Shown here piece after piece: positions 9,166 to 17,229 of a DNA stretch of 25,100 nucleotides. The notes below the pieces were generated by a model. It was not told where the DNA came from and did not search any database. It saw only the letters and a program-made list of their open reading frames with translations. The stretch's first letter is position 1; each line of letters begins with the position of its first letter. Source of the stretch: Deltaproteobacteria bacterium TL4 (GTDB lineage Bacteria > SAR324 > NAC60-12); NCBI GenBank assembly GCA_051382335.1, contig JBBCAX010000093.1, positions 1 through 25,100 on the forward strand, written 5' to 3'. The position numbers and the translations under genes are program-made.

Positions 9166-10805
9166 AGGCCCATGATCTTATTCCAATCCAGACCATATTT
9201 TCTGAGATATTTACTCAAACGATCGGAATCATTAGTTTGTGTTTTCTGTTGTCTGGAAACCCCATAGAGCTTCCGCCCCGCCTCTGCCAATGATTTGCAC
9301 TGCCTACAAATATTAATCACAGCGCCCAATTGATTTCGATCAAACAAATCCATAGTTTCGAGTTGTTCCTGAGTAAGGAGTGACGCGATCAGATCCACTG
9401 ACTTATCAGAAACCTCATCTTCGGTCCACAACCGGCGCAACCTTTGGATTTCGGTCTGGACTCTTTCTATTGAAATAATCCCCTCCTGGGCTAAAGTTCC
9501 CATTCTGACAATCACCGCGTTAAAATCTCTAAAGTTTCCCGGCCAGGTTGCCGCTTTGGAAATCGCGAACTCTAAAAATTGTCGGCGAGCTTCCTCCGTC
9601 ATGCGTAACTTCACTCCCAAAGCACAGGAAACCCGTTCCAGTTCAAATTCCAGGTTGGGTTCAAGGTCTTCAGTTCGTTGTCTGAGTTCCGGCAAGTGAA
9701 ACACCCATAGATTGATGCGAGAGAGCAAATCCAGCCGGAATTGCTTTTCCGTTACGGCTTGTTGTAAGTTCCGATTGGTTCCGGCAATGAGCTGAAAATC
9801 ACTTTTAATGGATTCATTGGAACCCAACAACCGAAATCGTTTTTCTTCAAGGGCTTCCAGCAGCATGGCTTGTTCATCCAACCCCAATTCCCCAATTTCA
9901 TCCAAAAACAAAATCCCCTGATCGGCGGCCTTCAGAAGACCGGAACGTTGTTTAATAGCTCCGGTGAAAGCGCCTGACACGTGTCCAAACAGCGTGGACA
10001 TGGCCATATCCCCACGCAAGGTTCCGCAATTGACAGAAACCAATTCTCCTGTAACCCGATTTTTCTGTTTTTTAAGCTCATAAATCCGCTTGGCTAGCTG
10101 GGATTTTCCTGAACCCGTGGGACCCGTCAACAAAATAGGATACACCGTGCGTATCGCCACTCGTTCCAATTCTTCGATGGTCGCGTTGAATGAAGCGTTC
10201 AGTGTGGAAATCCCCCACTTCAACCGCTGGATATCGGTGTGCGTTTCCTGCTGGAATCTCACGCGAAGTTTATCGTAATTCTGCAGATTGAGATCAATGA
10301 TTTGATAACAACCCGCTGCTCCTGAAGCTTTATCTTCGGGAGGAATACTTTGAATCAGTTTTGCGGGGAAACGTCTGGATTCGGTGAGTAGAAACAGCGA
10401 AATCTGGGTGATATGGGTTCCTGTTGAAATATGCACAAAATAATTTTCTTTCTCAACTTTGAAAGGATAGGTTCGGGAAAAATCATCCAATAACTGATAA
10501 ACCTCTTCTAATTCCCAAGGATTGGCAACAGACAACTCATGCAGCTTGACTTCCGTCCCTGTGGATTCCTGTGCTATCACCTGCTGCACCTCCAAAGCTA
10601 ATTTCCGAAATTCTGATTGAAAAATTAGTTCCAGACGCTGAACCTTAAAATCCGAATATCGACATAAATCCACCGTAGGACGCCACTTTCCCAAACGCCT
10701 TGGCGAATTTGTGTTGTCCAACTCAGCGCCTAAAATTCCTATCACAATATTGGGTAAGGTTTCTTTTTCTAACTCGGTCTTCGCGTTTTTTTCAGATCTC
10801 GTCAT
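9162..10805 (-). CDS. rtcR: Sigma54-dependent RNA repair transcriptional activator RtcR
   Basis: N-terminal RtcR/CARF-type domain (WRPTV, NPWELEEVY, HISTGTH); AAA+ domain GPTGSGKS, GHVSGAFTGA, LFLDEIGELG, WPGNFRD; C-terminal NDSDRLSKYL. Confidence 0.92.
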   Translation of the reverse strand: MTRSEKNAKTELEKETLPNIVIGILGAELDNTNSPRRLGKWRPTVDLCRYSDFKVQRLELIFQSEFRKLALEVQQVIAQESTGTEVKLHELSVANPWELEEVYQLLDDFSRTYPFKVEKENYFVHISTGTHITQISLFLLTESRRFPAKLIQSIPPEDKASGAAGCYQIIDLNLQNYDKLRVRFQQETHTDIQRLKWGISTLNASFNATIEELERVAIRTVYPILLTGPTGSGKSQLAKRIYELKKQKNRVTGELVSVNCGTLRGDMAMSTLFGHVSGAFTGAIKQRSGLLKAADQGILFLDEIGELGLDEQAMLLEALEEKRFRLLGSNESIKSDFQLIAGTNRNLQQAVTEKQFRLDLLSRINLWVFHLPELRQRTEDLEPNLEFELERVSCALGVKLRMTEEARRQFLEFAISKAATWPGNFRDFNAVIVRMGTLAQEGIISIERVQTEIQRLRRLWTEDEVSDKSVDLIASLLTQEQLETMDLFDRNQLGAVINICRQCKSLAEAGRKLYGVSRQQKTQTNDSDRLSKYLRKYGLDWNKIMGL

Positions 10806-10981
10806 TTTTTCTCTCCAGGTTCCATTTAAAATTTATCAATATTCCTTAATTTGGCCTTGCCTTTAAGTTTTTAATACTGATAGAAGCTTATTATCACTTA
10901 TCCATTATTCAAACATGACTTTGGGGGAAACATGTTTCGTATCACCGTTTCCTTTCCATAAAAATCATTTTACCGGAACTT

Positions 10982-11088
10982 CTATAGTGTTTCAGAAAAG
11001 TATTTTGGGCTGAGAGTGCAGGCGTCCCGCCTGCTTTTGTGGGCAGGATGCCCGCATTCTCATGAAAGACTTATCTGAAAGTCTATAG
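10982..11088. mobile_element. MITE-like element (TATAG-ended family) with a GC-rich internal palindrome
   Basis: 24-bp imperfect TIRs with 4 mismatches (CTATAGTGTTTCAGAAAAGTATTT vs CTATAGACTTTCAGATAAGTCTTT). Internal stem TGAGAGTGCAGGCGTCCCGCC..GGCAGGATGCCCGCATTCTCA. Related to 16897-17000. Confidence 0.65.
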
Positions 11089-11115
11089 TTTGGTTTAAAT
11101 GTAAACCTATTGAAA

Positions 11116-11203
11116 TGGTAGCCGGGGACTACGTGCCCCGGAAAAAACAGGGAAATCCCCTTGTTTTATGCGGTTTTTATGGGCACGTAGTCCCTCCCTA
11201 CCA
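11116..11203. repeat. GTAG-type REP doublet, copy 1
   Basis: TGGTAGCCGGGGACTACGTGCCC ... GGGCACGTAGTCCCTCCCTACCA form an inverted pair; a second copy lies at 11310-11366. Confidence 0.7.
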
Positions 11204-11255
11204 CTTTTTAGCCTTTAATTTCAACTGGTTGCAATATTGCGACAAAATATCAAAC

Positions 11256-11508
11256 GGCTACTCACTTAACCCCCATGAGACAAGTCTCACAACGAAGCAT
11301 GAAAGTAATTGGTAGGCCGGGATTACATGCCCTGCAAAATGAGGGGCACGTAGTCCCCTTCTACCACTTTCTTACAAAAACCGGGACACAGGGTAGGATG
11401 TGTTAGCCGGTAGGCGTAACGCCTCAATAAACCCGCCTCTGCCTGATGCGTTACGCTCGCAAGCTCACTAACACATCCTCCCCTGTGTCTCGGCTTAAGT
11501 GAGTAGCC
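11256..11508. mobile_element. Composite miniature element with perfect 14-bp TIRs enclosing two REP doublets
   Basis: GGCTACTCACTTAA (11256-11269) / TTAAGTGAGTAGCC (11495-11508). Contains doublets at 11310-11366 and 11381-11493; the latter (GTAGGATGTGTTAGCC..GGCGTAACGC) resembles the REP inside 8988-9165. Confidence 0.65.
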
Positions 11509-11618
11509 AAGATTTCTACCATCTAAAGGTTCTTAATATTTTGTTTTTGTTACAAATCCGCAACACCAGATCCGGTAGAGCCACATGCCTAGTGTCCCAA
11601 ATATTTGGCCAATGTGCA

Positions 11619-13040
11619 TCATTCAGGATTGAGACCTGTACTCGAAAAATCAGTAGAGGCTTTTTTCGAAAAATCATATTTTTTAATTTTAGCATTTAAA
11701 GTGACTCTGCTGATATCCAGTTCTTCCGCACTTTTGGTCAGGTGAAAGCGATTTTTTAGCAGGGTTCCGAGCAGGAGTTCCTTTTCAAGGGCCTCAATAC
11801 TTTTTTCCAGTAATTTTTCCGAAAAACGGGATGAAAAATATTCATACAGATTCAAATCTTCCCTGGAAGATCCGGGAGACACATTGGAGCGAACTTTAAA
11901 GTCTTCCAGTTCCAGACATGTGGAGGAAGAAAGAATCACCGCCCGTCGGATTGCATTTTGTAATTCACGGATATTGCCTGGCCATGAGTGGTTTGCTGCC
12001 TTTTCAAAAATTCTGTGATCTATATGGGAAATCGGTTTATTCATTTCTTCAGCATATCGACGGGTAAAATGAATCAGGAGTTCCTTCATATCCGTTTTTC
12101 TTTCACGTAAAGGCGGAAGTTCGATGTTGATACCATCCAGCCGATAAAACAGTTCCTCCCTGAAGGTTCCTTCCCTGATCAGTTGGGGTAAGTCATGATT
12201 GGTGGCTGCGATCACCCTGACGTCAACAGGCTGAAGGGAATTCTGCCCCAGTTTTTCAATATTTTTTTCCTGCAAGACTCTTAGGAGTTTAATCTGCAGA
12301 TTCAACGACATGTCCCCGATTTCATCCAGAAAAACGGTCCCTTTATCCGCAAATTCAAATTTGCCAGGTTTTTCCTGATAGGCCCCACTGAAGGCACCTT
12401 TAGCGTAACCAAAGAGTTCACTTTCCAGCAGATTTTCCGGAATGGCGGCGCAATTAATCGCGACAAAGTTTTTATTTTTTCTGGGGCTGTACTGATGAAT
12501 CAGTGTGGCCACCAGTTCTTTGCCCGTACCACTTTCACCGGTAATCAATACGGGAGAGTCCGTACCGGACGCACGAGCGATGATTTTCAATTCCGAATTA
12601 ATCGCGGGCGAAGAACCGACCAGGCTCCCCTTATGAAAAGGATAATCCCCAATGTAAAAAGCATTTTCATCCTTATTTTTCTGATTTTTAGGAAGGTGCT
12701 TTTGAATCATTTTTTCTAGTTCGACCTGCTCTATCGGTTTGACGACATAATCCGACGCGCCGAAGTTGATAGAATTCAGAACGGTTTCCGAGGTCCCAAA
12801 GCCGGTCATAAAAATAACCGGAATTTCATTAAATTGAGTTTTTATTTTTTTCAGTACCTCCAAGCCGTCTTCTTCTCCCAAGCGGTAATCCAACAGAATC
12901 AAATCAATAGGGTTCTGTTTCAGGAAGTCCAGTGCTTCACAGGAGTCACCAGCGGTATCGACACGGTATTGATCGGTCAGAACCCGTTTCATTCCGTAGC
13001 AAAGCGAGGCATCATCATCGATAATCAAAATTTTTTTCAT
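11619..13040 (-). CDS. Sigma54-dependent response regulator (NtrC family; AioR/ArxR-like by context)
   Basis: Receiver domain (IIDDD, LLDY, MTG, VKP); AAA+ GESGTGKE, ESELFG, GAFSGA, FLDEIG, WPGNIREL; Fis-like HTH. Start placed at ATG 13040 (MKKILIIDD). Confidence 0.92.
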   Translation of the reverse strand: MKKILIIDDDASLCYGMKRVLTDQYRVDTAGDSCEALDFLKQNPIDLILLDYRLGEEDGLEVLKKIKTQFNEIPVIFMTGFGTSETVLNSINFGASDYVVKPIEQVELEKMIQKHLPKNQKNKDENAFYIGDYPFHKGSLVGSSPAINSELKIIARASGTDSPVLITGESGTGKELVATLIHQYSPRKNKNFVAINCAAIPENLLESELFGYAKGAFSGAYQEKPGKFEFADKGTVFLDEIGDMSLNLQIKLLRVLQEKNIEKLGQNSLQPVDVRVIAATNHDLPQLIREGTFREELFYRLDGINIELPPLRERKTDMKELLIHFTRRYAEEMNKPISHIDHRIFEKAANHSWPGNIRELQNAIRRAVILSSSTCLELEDFKVRSNVSPGSSREDLNLYEYFSSRFSEKLLEKSIEALEKELLLGTLLKNRFHLTKSAEELDISRVTLNAKIKKYDFSKKASTDFSSTGLNPE

Positions 13041-14427
13041 GTTTAAATTCCAGCAAAAAACGTGCTCCCTGAGGGTATTCTTCATCGGTCCAGATTGTTC
13101 CGTTCATGGCTTGGACCAACATTTGAGTAATGGATAACCCTAAGCCGGTCCCCTTACTTTTCGTGGTAAAAAAAGGCATAAAAATTTTTTTAGCAATCCC
13201 TTGCTCCAATCCAATGCCATTATCGGTAATGTCAAATATCATGCTCTTTTTTTCAATTTTCGTGGTGATCTCCAGCTTTCTCGCACCGGCTTCTACCGCG
13301 TTATCCACTAAATTGGAGAAAATCCGCAGTAATTTTTCCTTGTCCGTCAAAAAAATAACATCGTTTTCCGTTTTTACGTTCACGGTAAGCGCGCTGCCGT
13401 ATCTTTGATCCGCATCAATCATCACTTCTTCCAGCAAGAACAGCAGCCTCTGCTCCGTAAACTGAAGTTCCATCGGTTTGGAAAAACCCAGCAAATCATT
13501 CACTCTTATCGCCAACCGGTCTGCCTCTTTTTCAATGACCGGCATATCAGGCTCAAAGCGGCAATTTCCGCACTCGGCGTTTATTTTGTGGGATAATAGC
13601 TTAATGGTCATAATCGGACTTTTCAGTTCATGAGCGACCTGTGCGGACATTCTTCCAATGGCAGCTAAATTTTCATGATGAGCCAACTGCTGTTCCTTTT
13701 CCCTGATTTTTTCCGTGGAATCCATCAACCTGACCGACATTTCAAACAAATTATCCCTGAGTTGATGGACTTCCAGAGGGGCATAACGGGGCAACCAGAT
13801 TTCCATGGGAAAAGTTTCAAAATCGGTTTCCTTGACTTTCTCGGTCAGTGTTTCCAGAGGTTTGGTCAGGAAAAAAATAATCTTGCCCCCAATCACGACG
13901 CCCATCATCAATACCAGGCACTGAAGCATCAAAAGACGGACCACTTTCAGGTAAATTTGAGCATTGATTTTGTCGGTATCAATCTCAAACACCTGATAGC
14001 CCAACAGAACATCGTTCACTTGGATCGGTTTATAGAACAGTCGAATTCCTGACTTGGGAGAGATGACTGTTGTCGCGGATGAAATGGCGGGTAAGTAGGG
14101 AAATTTGTGGAGGACAAGGGCATCCGTCAAATAGATTTTATCCTTATCCAGAATATAAACATTGAGTATCAGGGAGGACTTATCGGCAATTGCCTCAATC
14201 ACCTCATGAATGGTGAAAATATTCTGAAACAAAAAGGCTTCTGCTAATATTTCATGGACAATGGCATGCTGACTCGACAGTAGCTGTTCCAGATTCTCTT
14301 CGATAAACTTTCTTTGAAAGGAAAAAGTGATCACCAGGTTAATCAGCATGGTTGTCGCTCCCAGTCCGATAATCAGCAGGAAAATCTGATTCTTGGTTTT
14401 CCTGGGATACAGGCTATTCAGTTTCAT
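13015..14427 (-). CDS. Membrane sensor histidine kinase (AioS/ArxS-like by context)
   Basis: Two TM helices around a periplasmic domain; HAMP-like linker; H-box AHELKSP; N-box NLVDNA; DNGIG; FxPFFTTK; GTGLGL. Confidence 0.92.
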   Translation of the reverse strand: MKLNSLYPRKTKNQIFLLIIGLGATTMLINLVITFSFQRKFIEENLEQLLSSQHAIVHEILAEAFLFQNIFTIHEVIEAIADKSSLILNVYILDKDKIYLTDALVLHKFPYLPAISSATTVISPKSGIRLFYKPIQVNDVLLGYQVFEIDTDKINAQIYLKVVRLLMLQCLVLMMGVVIGGKIIFFLTKPLETLTEKVKETDFETFPMEIWLPRYAPLEVHQLRDNLFEMSVRLMDSTEKIREKEQQLAHHENLAAIGRMSAQVAHELKSPIMTIKLLSHKINAECGNCRFEPDMPVIEKEADRLAIRVNDLLGFSKPMELQFTEQRLLFLLEEVMIDADQRYGSALTVNVKTENDVIFLTDKEKLLRIFSNLVDNAVEAGARKLEITTKIEKKSMIFDITDNGIGLEQGIAKKIFMPFFTTKSKGTGLGLSITQMLVQAMNGTIWTDEEYPQGARFLLEFKHEKNFDYR

Positions 14428-15268
14428 GGAGAACCTTTTTCATTTGGAGAACGTTCCGAAAGGCCTTCGCTGGGGGAACACGAAAACGATCAATTTTCAA
14501 TTTACGTAAAATGTCTTTTCCTTCACGGGTACGATCCAAATCCAGAAAAATTTCCCTGATGAATAAAAATTCCTCTTGGCTCAACCTTGTCGAAGCAACA
14601 AGCGGAGGGGCGGTAAATTCATCCGATCTATGAATCACTTTAATATTTTGAACAGATTCAGGAGTTTCTTGCGCCATGAATTCAAAAACCAAACTATCCA
14701 CCGAAGCCGCCTCAACGACCCCTTTATTGACCAGAAGGATGGATCTGTCATGACTGTAGGTATAGTAAGATTTTTTGAAAAAATTTTCTGCGGAATATCC
14801 GTTTTTTTTTAATAAATAGTGCGAATATAACCATCCGCTGTTGGATAACGGGTCAGTGAAAGCAAAAATTTTGCCGCGTAATGCCTGAATGGAATCTATG
14901 TTAACTTTATTGTTGGTGATAATGAAAGCTTGATAGGTGGTTTTTCCTCTTACCTCGGGAACAACAATCACCCTGATTTGTGTCGGATCCAAATCCAGCA
15001 GGGATCCTGTACAAATACTGGCAAAATGGACTTTGGAGTTTTCAATGAGTCGATTCATTTCCCCATATTCTCGCTTAAATAACAGAACGATTTCTTTATG
15101 CGTTCTTTTGGAAAGATAATCGGTTAAATCCTTGTACAAAAACAGATTTTTTTCAGGAGAGATAATGGACGCTATTCCGAAAATCCACTGATTTTCCGCA
15201 AATATCCTTAAAGGAAGATTGGCAAGAAGGACAATAAACATTATCAAAAACGGGGCTTTTTTTAACAT
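14414..15268 (-). CDS. Periplasmic oxyanion-binding protein, PhnD fold (AioX/ArxX/ArrX-like)
   Basis: Signal peptide; LRGKIFAFTDPLSNSG, SHDRSI and AASVDS motifs; single Cys in ASICTG. Overlaps the kinase gene; no ABC permease or ATPase is adjacent. Confidence 0.85.
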   Translation of the reverse strand: MLKKAPFLIMFIVLLANLPLRIFAENQWIFGIASIISPEKNLFLYKDLTDYLSKRTHKEIVLLFKREYGEMNRLIENSKVHFASICTGSLLDLDPTQIRVIVVPEVRGKTTYQAFIITNNKVNIDSIQALRGKIFAFTDPLSNSGWLYSHYLLKKNGYSAENFFKKSYYTYSHDRSILLVNKGVVEAASVDSLVFEFMAQETPESVQNIKVIHRSDEFTAPPLVASTRLSQEEFLFIREIFLDLDRTREGKDILRKLKIDRFRVPPAKAFRNVLQMKKVLHETE

Positions 15269-15449
15269 TCCGAAGCATTAGATCGGGTTAGGCAAGAGGC
15301 CTTTGGCAGAAAAAATTTTTACTTCGCCCCAAAGATAGTCGTTATGCAGGAAAAAGAAAAGTAAATTATGTACAGAATGTTTCCATCATTGAGTAATAAC
15401 GTAAATAAAGTATACACAGCCAAAAATATTTTTAATTATTAATAAGTGA

Positions 15450-15462
15450 TATCAATAGGTTA
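15450..15462 (+). promoter_or_regulatory. IHF binding site
   Basis: TATCAATAGGTTA matches WATCAANNNNTTR exactly, with an AT-rich tract upstream, just before a -24/-12-like element. Confidence 0.65.
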
Positions 15463-15477
15463 TCTTTAATTATAAAC

Positions 15478-15494
15478 TTGGTATCATTTTTGAA
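15478..15494 (+). promoter_or_regulatory. Putative sigma54 (-24/-12) promoter for the porin/molybdoenzyme genes
   Basis: TTGGTATCATTTTTGAA reads as GG-N10-GA (TTGA instead of TTGC at -12). It lies next to an IHF site and diverges from a sigma54 activator gene. Confidence 0.6.
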
Positions 15495-15513
15495 GAAGAG
15501 ATAAGGGTTTAAA

Positions 15514-15682
15514 GAGTCATTGTTGCGGAATTAAACAGGGAGGAGTGTAGTCCCTCTTTTCTTCGGGAAAAAGTAATGACTCAAGTATCATTTTGCCGTC
15601 TTGAGTGTCCGCAAAAAATTCGTCTTAACGGATAATCTCAAGGCCAAGAAGTAGATTGACTCCTTGGTGTTGGGTAAGATGA
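15514..15682 (+). ncRNA. Candidate structured 5' leader RNA (two tandem three-way junctions)
   Basis: Stems 15514-15524/15572-15582 and 15588-15597/15673-15682 each enclose two hairpins. G-U pairs and a cUUCGg tetraloop favour the + strand. No family recognised. Confidence 0.45.
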
Positions 15683-15709
15683 GTTATTGAATTTCAAACA
15701 AGGAGTATT

Positions 15710-16753
15710 ATGAAAGTTGTATCAAAATTGTTGTTAGTTGTTGCTGTGGTGTTTTCAGGTTTTCAATCGGCTCAAGCCGCATGTATGAATGATAAGGCCT
15801 TCTGCTATAAAATAGATATCTATGCTGGTCTTTATATGAACACCCCAGAAAACACGGATCATGGGTACGCAACCACGAATACCTATGGACGTTCGGATGT
15901 TAAAGTTGTGAGTAATGTCGCGGAAAAAGATGGCTGGAAGGCGACAGGAACCCTTAAATTGGAACTTAATACCAAGGGAGATGGCGCGACCAATAAGGCG
16001 GATGAGGTTTATTTAGACCTTTCTAGCGGGGGTCTTTCCATCATCGCGGGATGGTTTAATCTGAAAGGGGATGGTTACAATGGCAGTGATTTGGGCGGAG
16101 CTTATCTCACAGAGGAGTCAGGCAGCAGTTGGCTTGGTGTTTACGGAGACAAAGCAGATGATGCTCCAACCTTGGCAGTCACTTATAAGGTGTTAGAGGC
16201 ACTCACATTGAAACTAGGGTTAATTGAAAAACAGAATGAACATACTACGACTGATGCAAGTGGCACAACAACGTCAGCTAATCTCCAGTCTCAAATCGTT
16301 GATTTCATTGCCGTCTATTCAGCAAGTGGACTTGCTGTTTCTTTTGAAATAGAAAATGCGTCAGAAACAGACAATGATGTTGCGGATGCCAAGGGGATTA
16401 CCGCTGGTGATTCAACTAGTGAAATGGGTTTAGGACTTCAATACACAGCAGGAATGTTTGCCCCCTTTGCCGCTTATGGAACTTCCAATGATGGAACCAA
16501 TACCGCAACAAATACTCTCGTAGGGATCGATTTACATGATGTCGCAGGAATGGGCATCACTGTGGGCACTGAACTTGGGGATGATGGCACAGGCAACGGA
16601 GAGGCAGGCGTCAACACTTGGACTAATACATTTTTTGCGCTTAAAATTCCTATGGGTCCTGGCAGTTTTACAGCGGGTTATGCTGCTACCGACAGAGTGG
16701 GATCTAAAGTGGTTGCGTCTCAGGTTGTTTTCGAATTCGCGGTTCATCTATAA
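15710..16753 (+). CDS. Putative outer-membrane porin / beta-barrel protein
   Basis: AGGAG RBS; Sec signal ending AQA; alternating amphipathic strands (GLGLQYTAG, PFAAYG, FTAGYA); Gly/Thr/Asp-rich loops; C-terminal strand VVFEFAVHL. Confidence 0.7.
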   Translation: MKVVSKLLLVVAVVFSGFQSAQAACMNDKAFCYKIDIYAGLYMNTPENTDHGYATTNTYGRSDVKVVSNVAEKDGWKATGTLKLELNTKGDGATNKADEVYLDLSSGGLSIIAGWFNLKGDGYNGSDLGGAYLTEESGSSWLGVYGDKADDAPTLAVTYKVLEALTLKLGLIEKQNEHTTTDASGTTTSANLQSQIVDFIAVYSASGLAVSFEIENASETDNDVADAKGITAGDSTSEMGLGLQYTAGMFAPFAAYGTSNDGTNTATNTLVGIDLHDVAGMGITVGTELGDDGTGNGEAGVNTWTNTFFALKIPMGPGSFTAGYAATDRVGSKVVASQVVFEFAVHL

Positions 16754-16896
16754 ATTAAACCTTGTTGAAAAGATGGCTAGGTCTTGTTCAACTTGTTTTT
16801 GAATTAGGGTGTCTAAAGTTAACTTTTGATAAGATTACTTTTCCCATTTTTTTAGCACTCCCAAAAATCAGGTAAAACTCCTCAGAAAAAAGGGCA

Positions 16897-17000
16897 TATA
16901 GATGTCCAAATAAGTTTTTTCCTGGGAACGAGGGCCTCTTGCCCTCACCGGAGGGCGGGACGCCCTCCCCCCCGAGACAGAACTTTTCTGGACATCTATA
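16897..17000. mobile_element. MITE-like element (TATAG-ended family)
   Basis: Perfect 12-bp TIR TATAGATGTCCA/TGGACATCTATA extending imperfectly to AAGTT. Internal GAGGGCCTCTTGCCCTC-ACCG-GAGGGCGGGACGCCCTC palindrome like that in 10982-11088. Confidence 0.7.
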
Positions 17001-17229
17001 CGTGCGATTTTTCTGGATCCATTTTTTGGGTAAGCCATTGGATCAATTTAGGCGCTCTGTGATGAATACGGCTGTTCTGTTTAGCGCTGAATAATATATT
17101 CTGGGTGCTGAGCGTTTATCGTGGTGGAGGCTCTGGGAAAGCTGGAGGAGTGGCCCCCGATTGAAGGAGTGAGATTTCGCAAAAAATGCTCCTTAAAATT
17201 AATATTGAACTTTTATTTAGGAGATAGAG

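Noticed and set aside
11115..11315. 66-aa ORF upstream of rtcR
   Set aside because: It is made of REP/MITE sequence and shows no similarity to RtcB or RtcA.
10982..11508. Possible CRISPR array or tRNA/Y RNA
   Set aside because: The repeats are inverted doublets with no regular repeat-spacer period, and no cloverleaf or T-loop signature was seen.
14414..15268. Phosphonate ABC transporter operon (phnD)
   Set aside because: There is no phnC or phnE, and the gene is coupled to a histidine kinase.
17151..17165. Sigma54-like TGGCCCCCGATTGAA upstream of the FeS subunit
   Set aside because: The spacing is GG-N9-GA rather than the required 10 nt.
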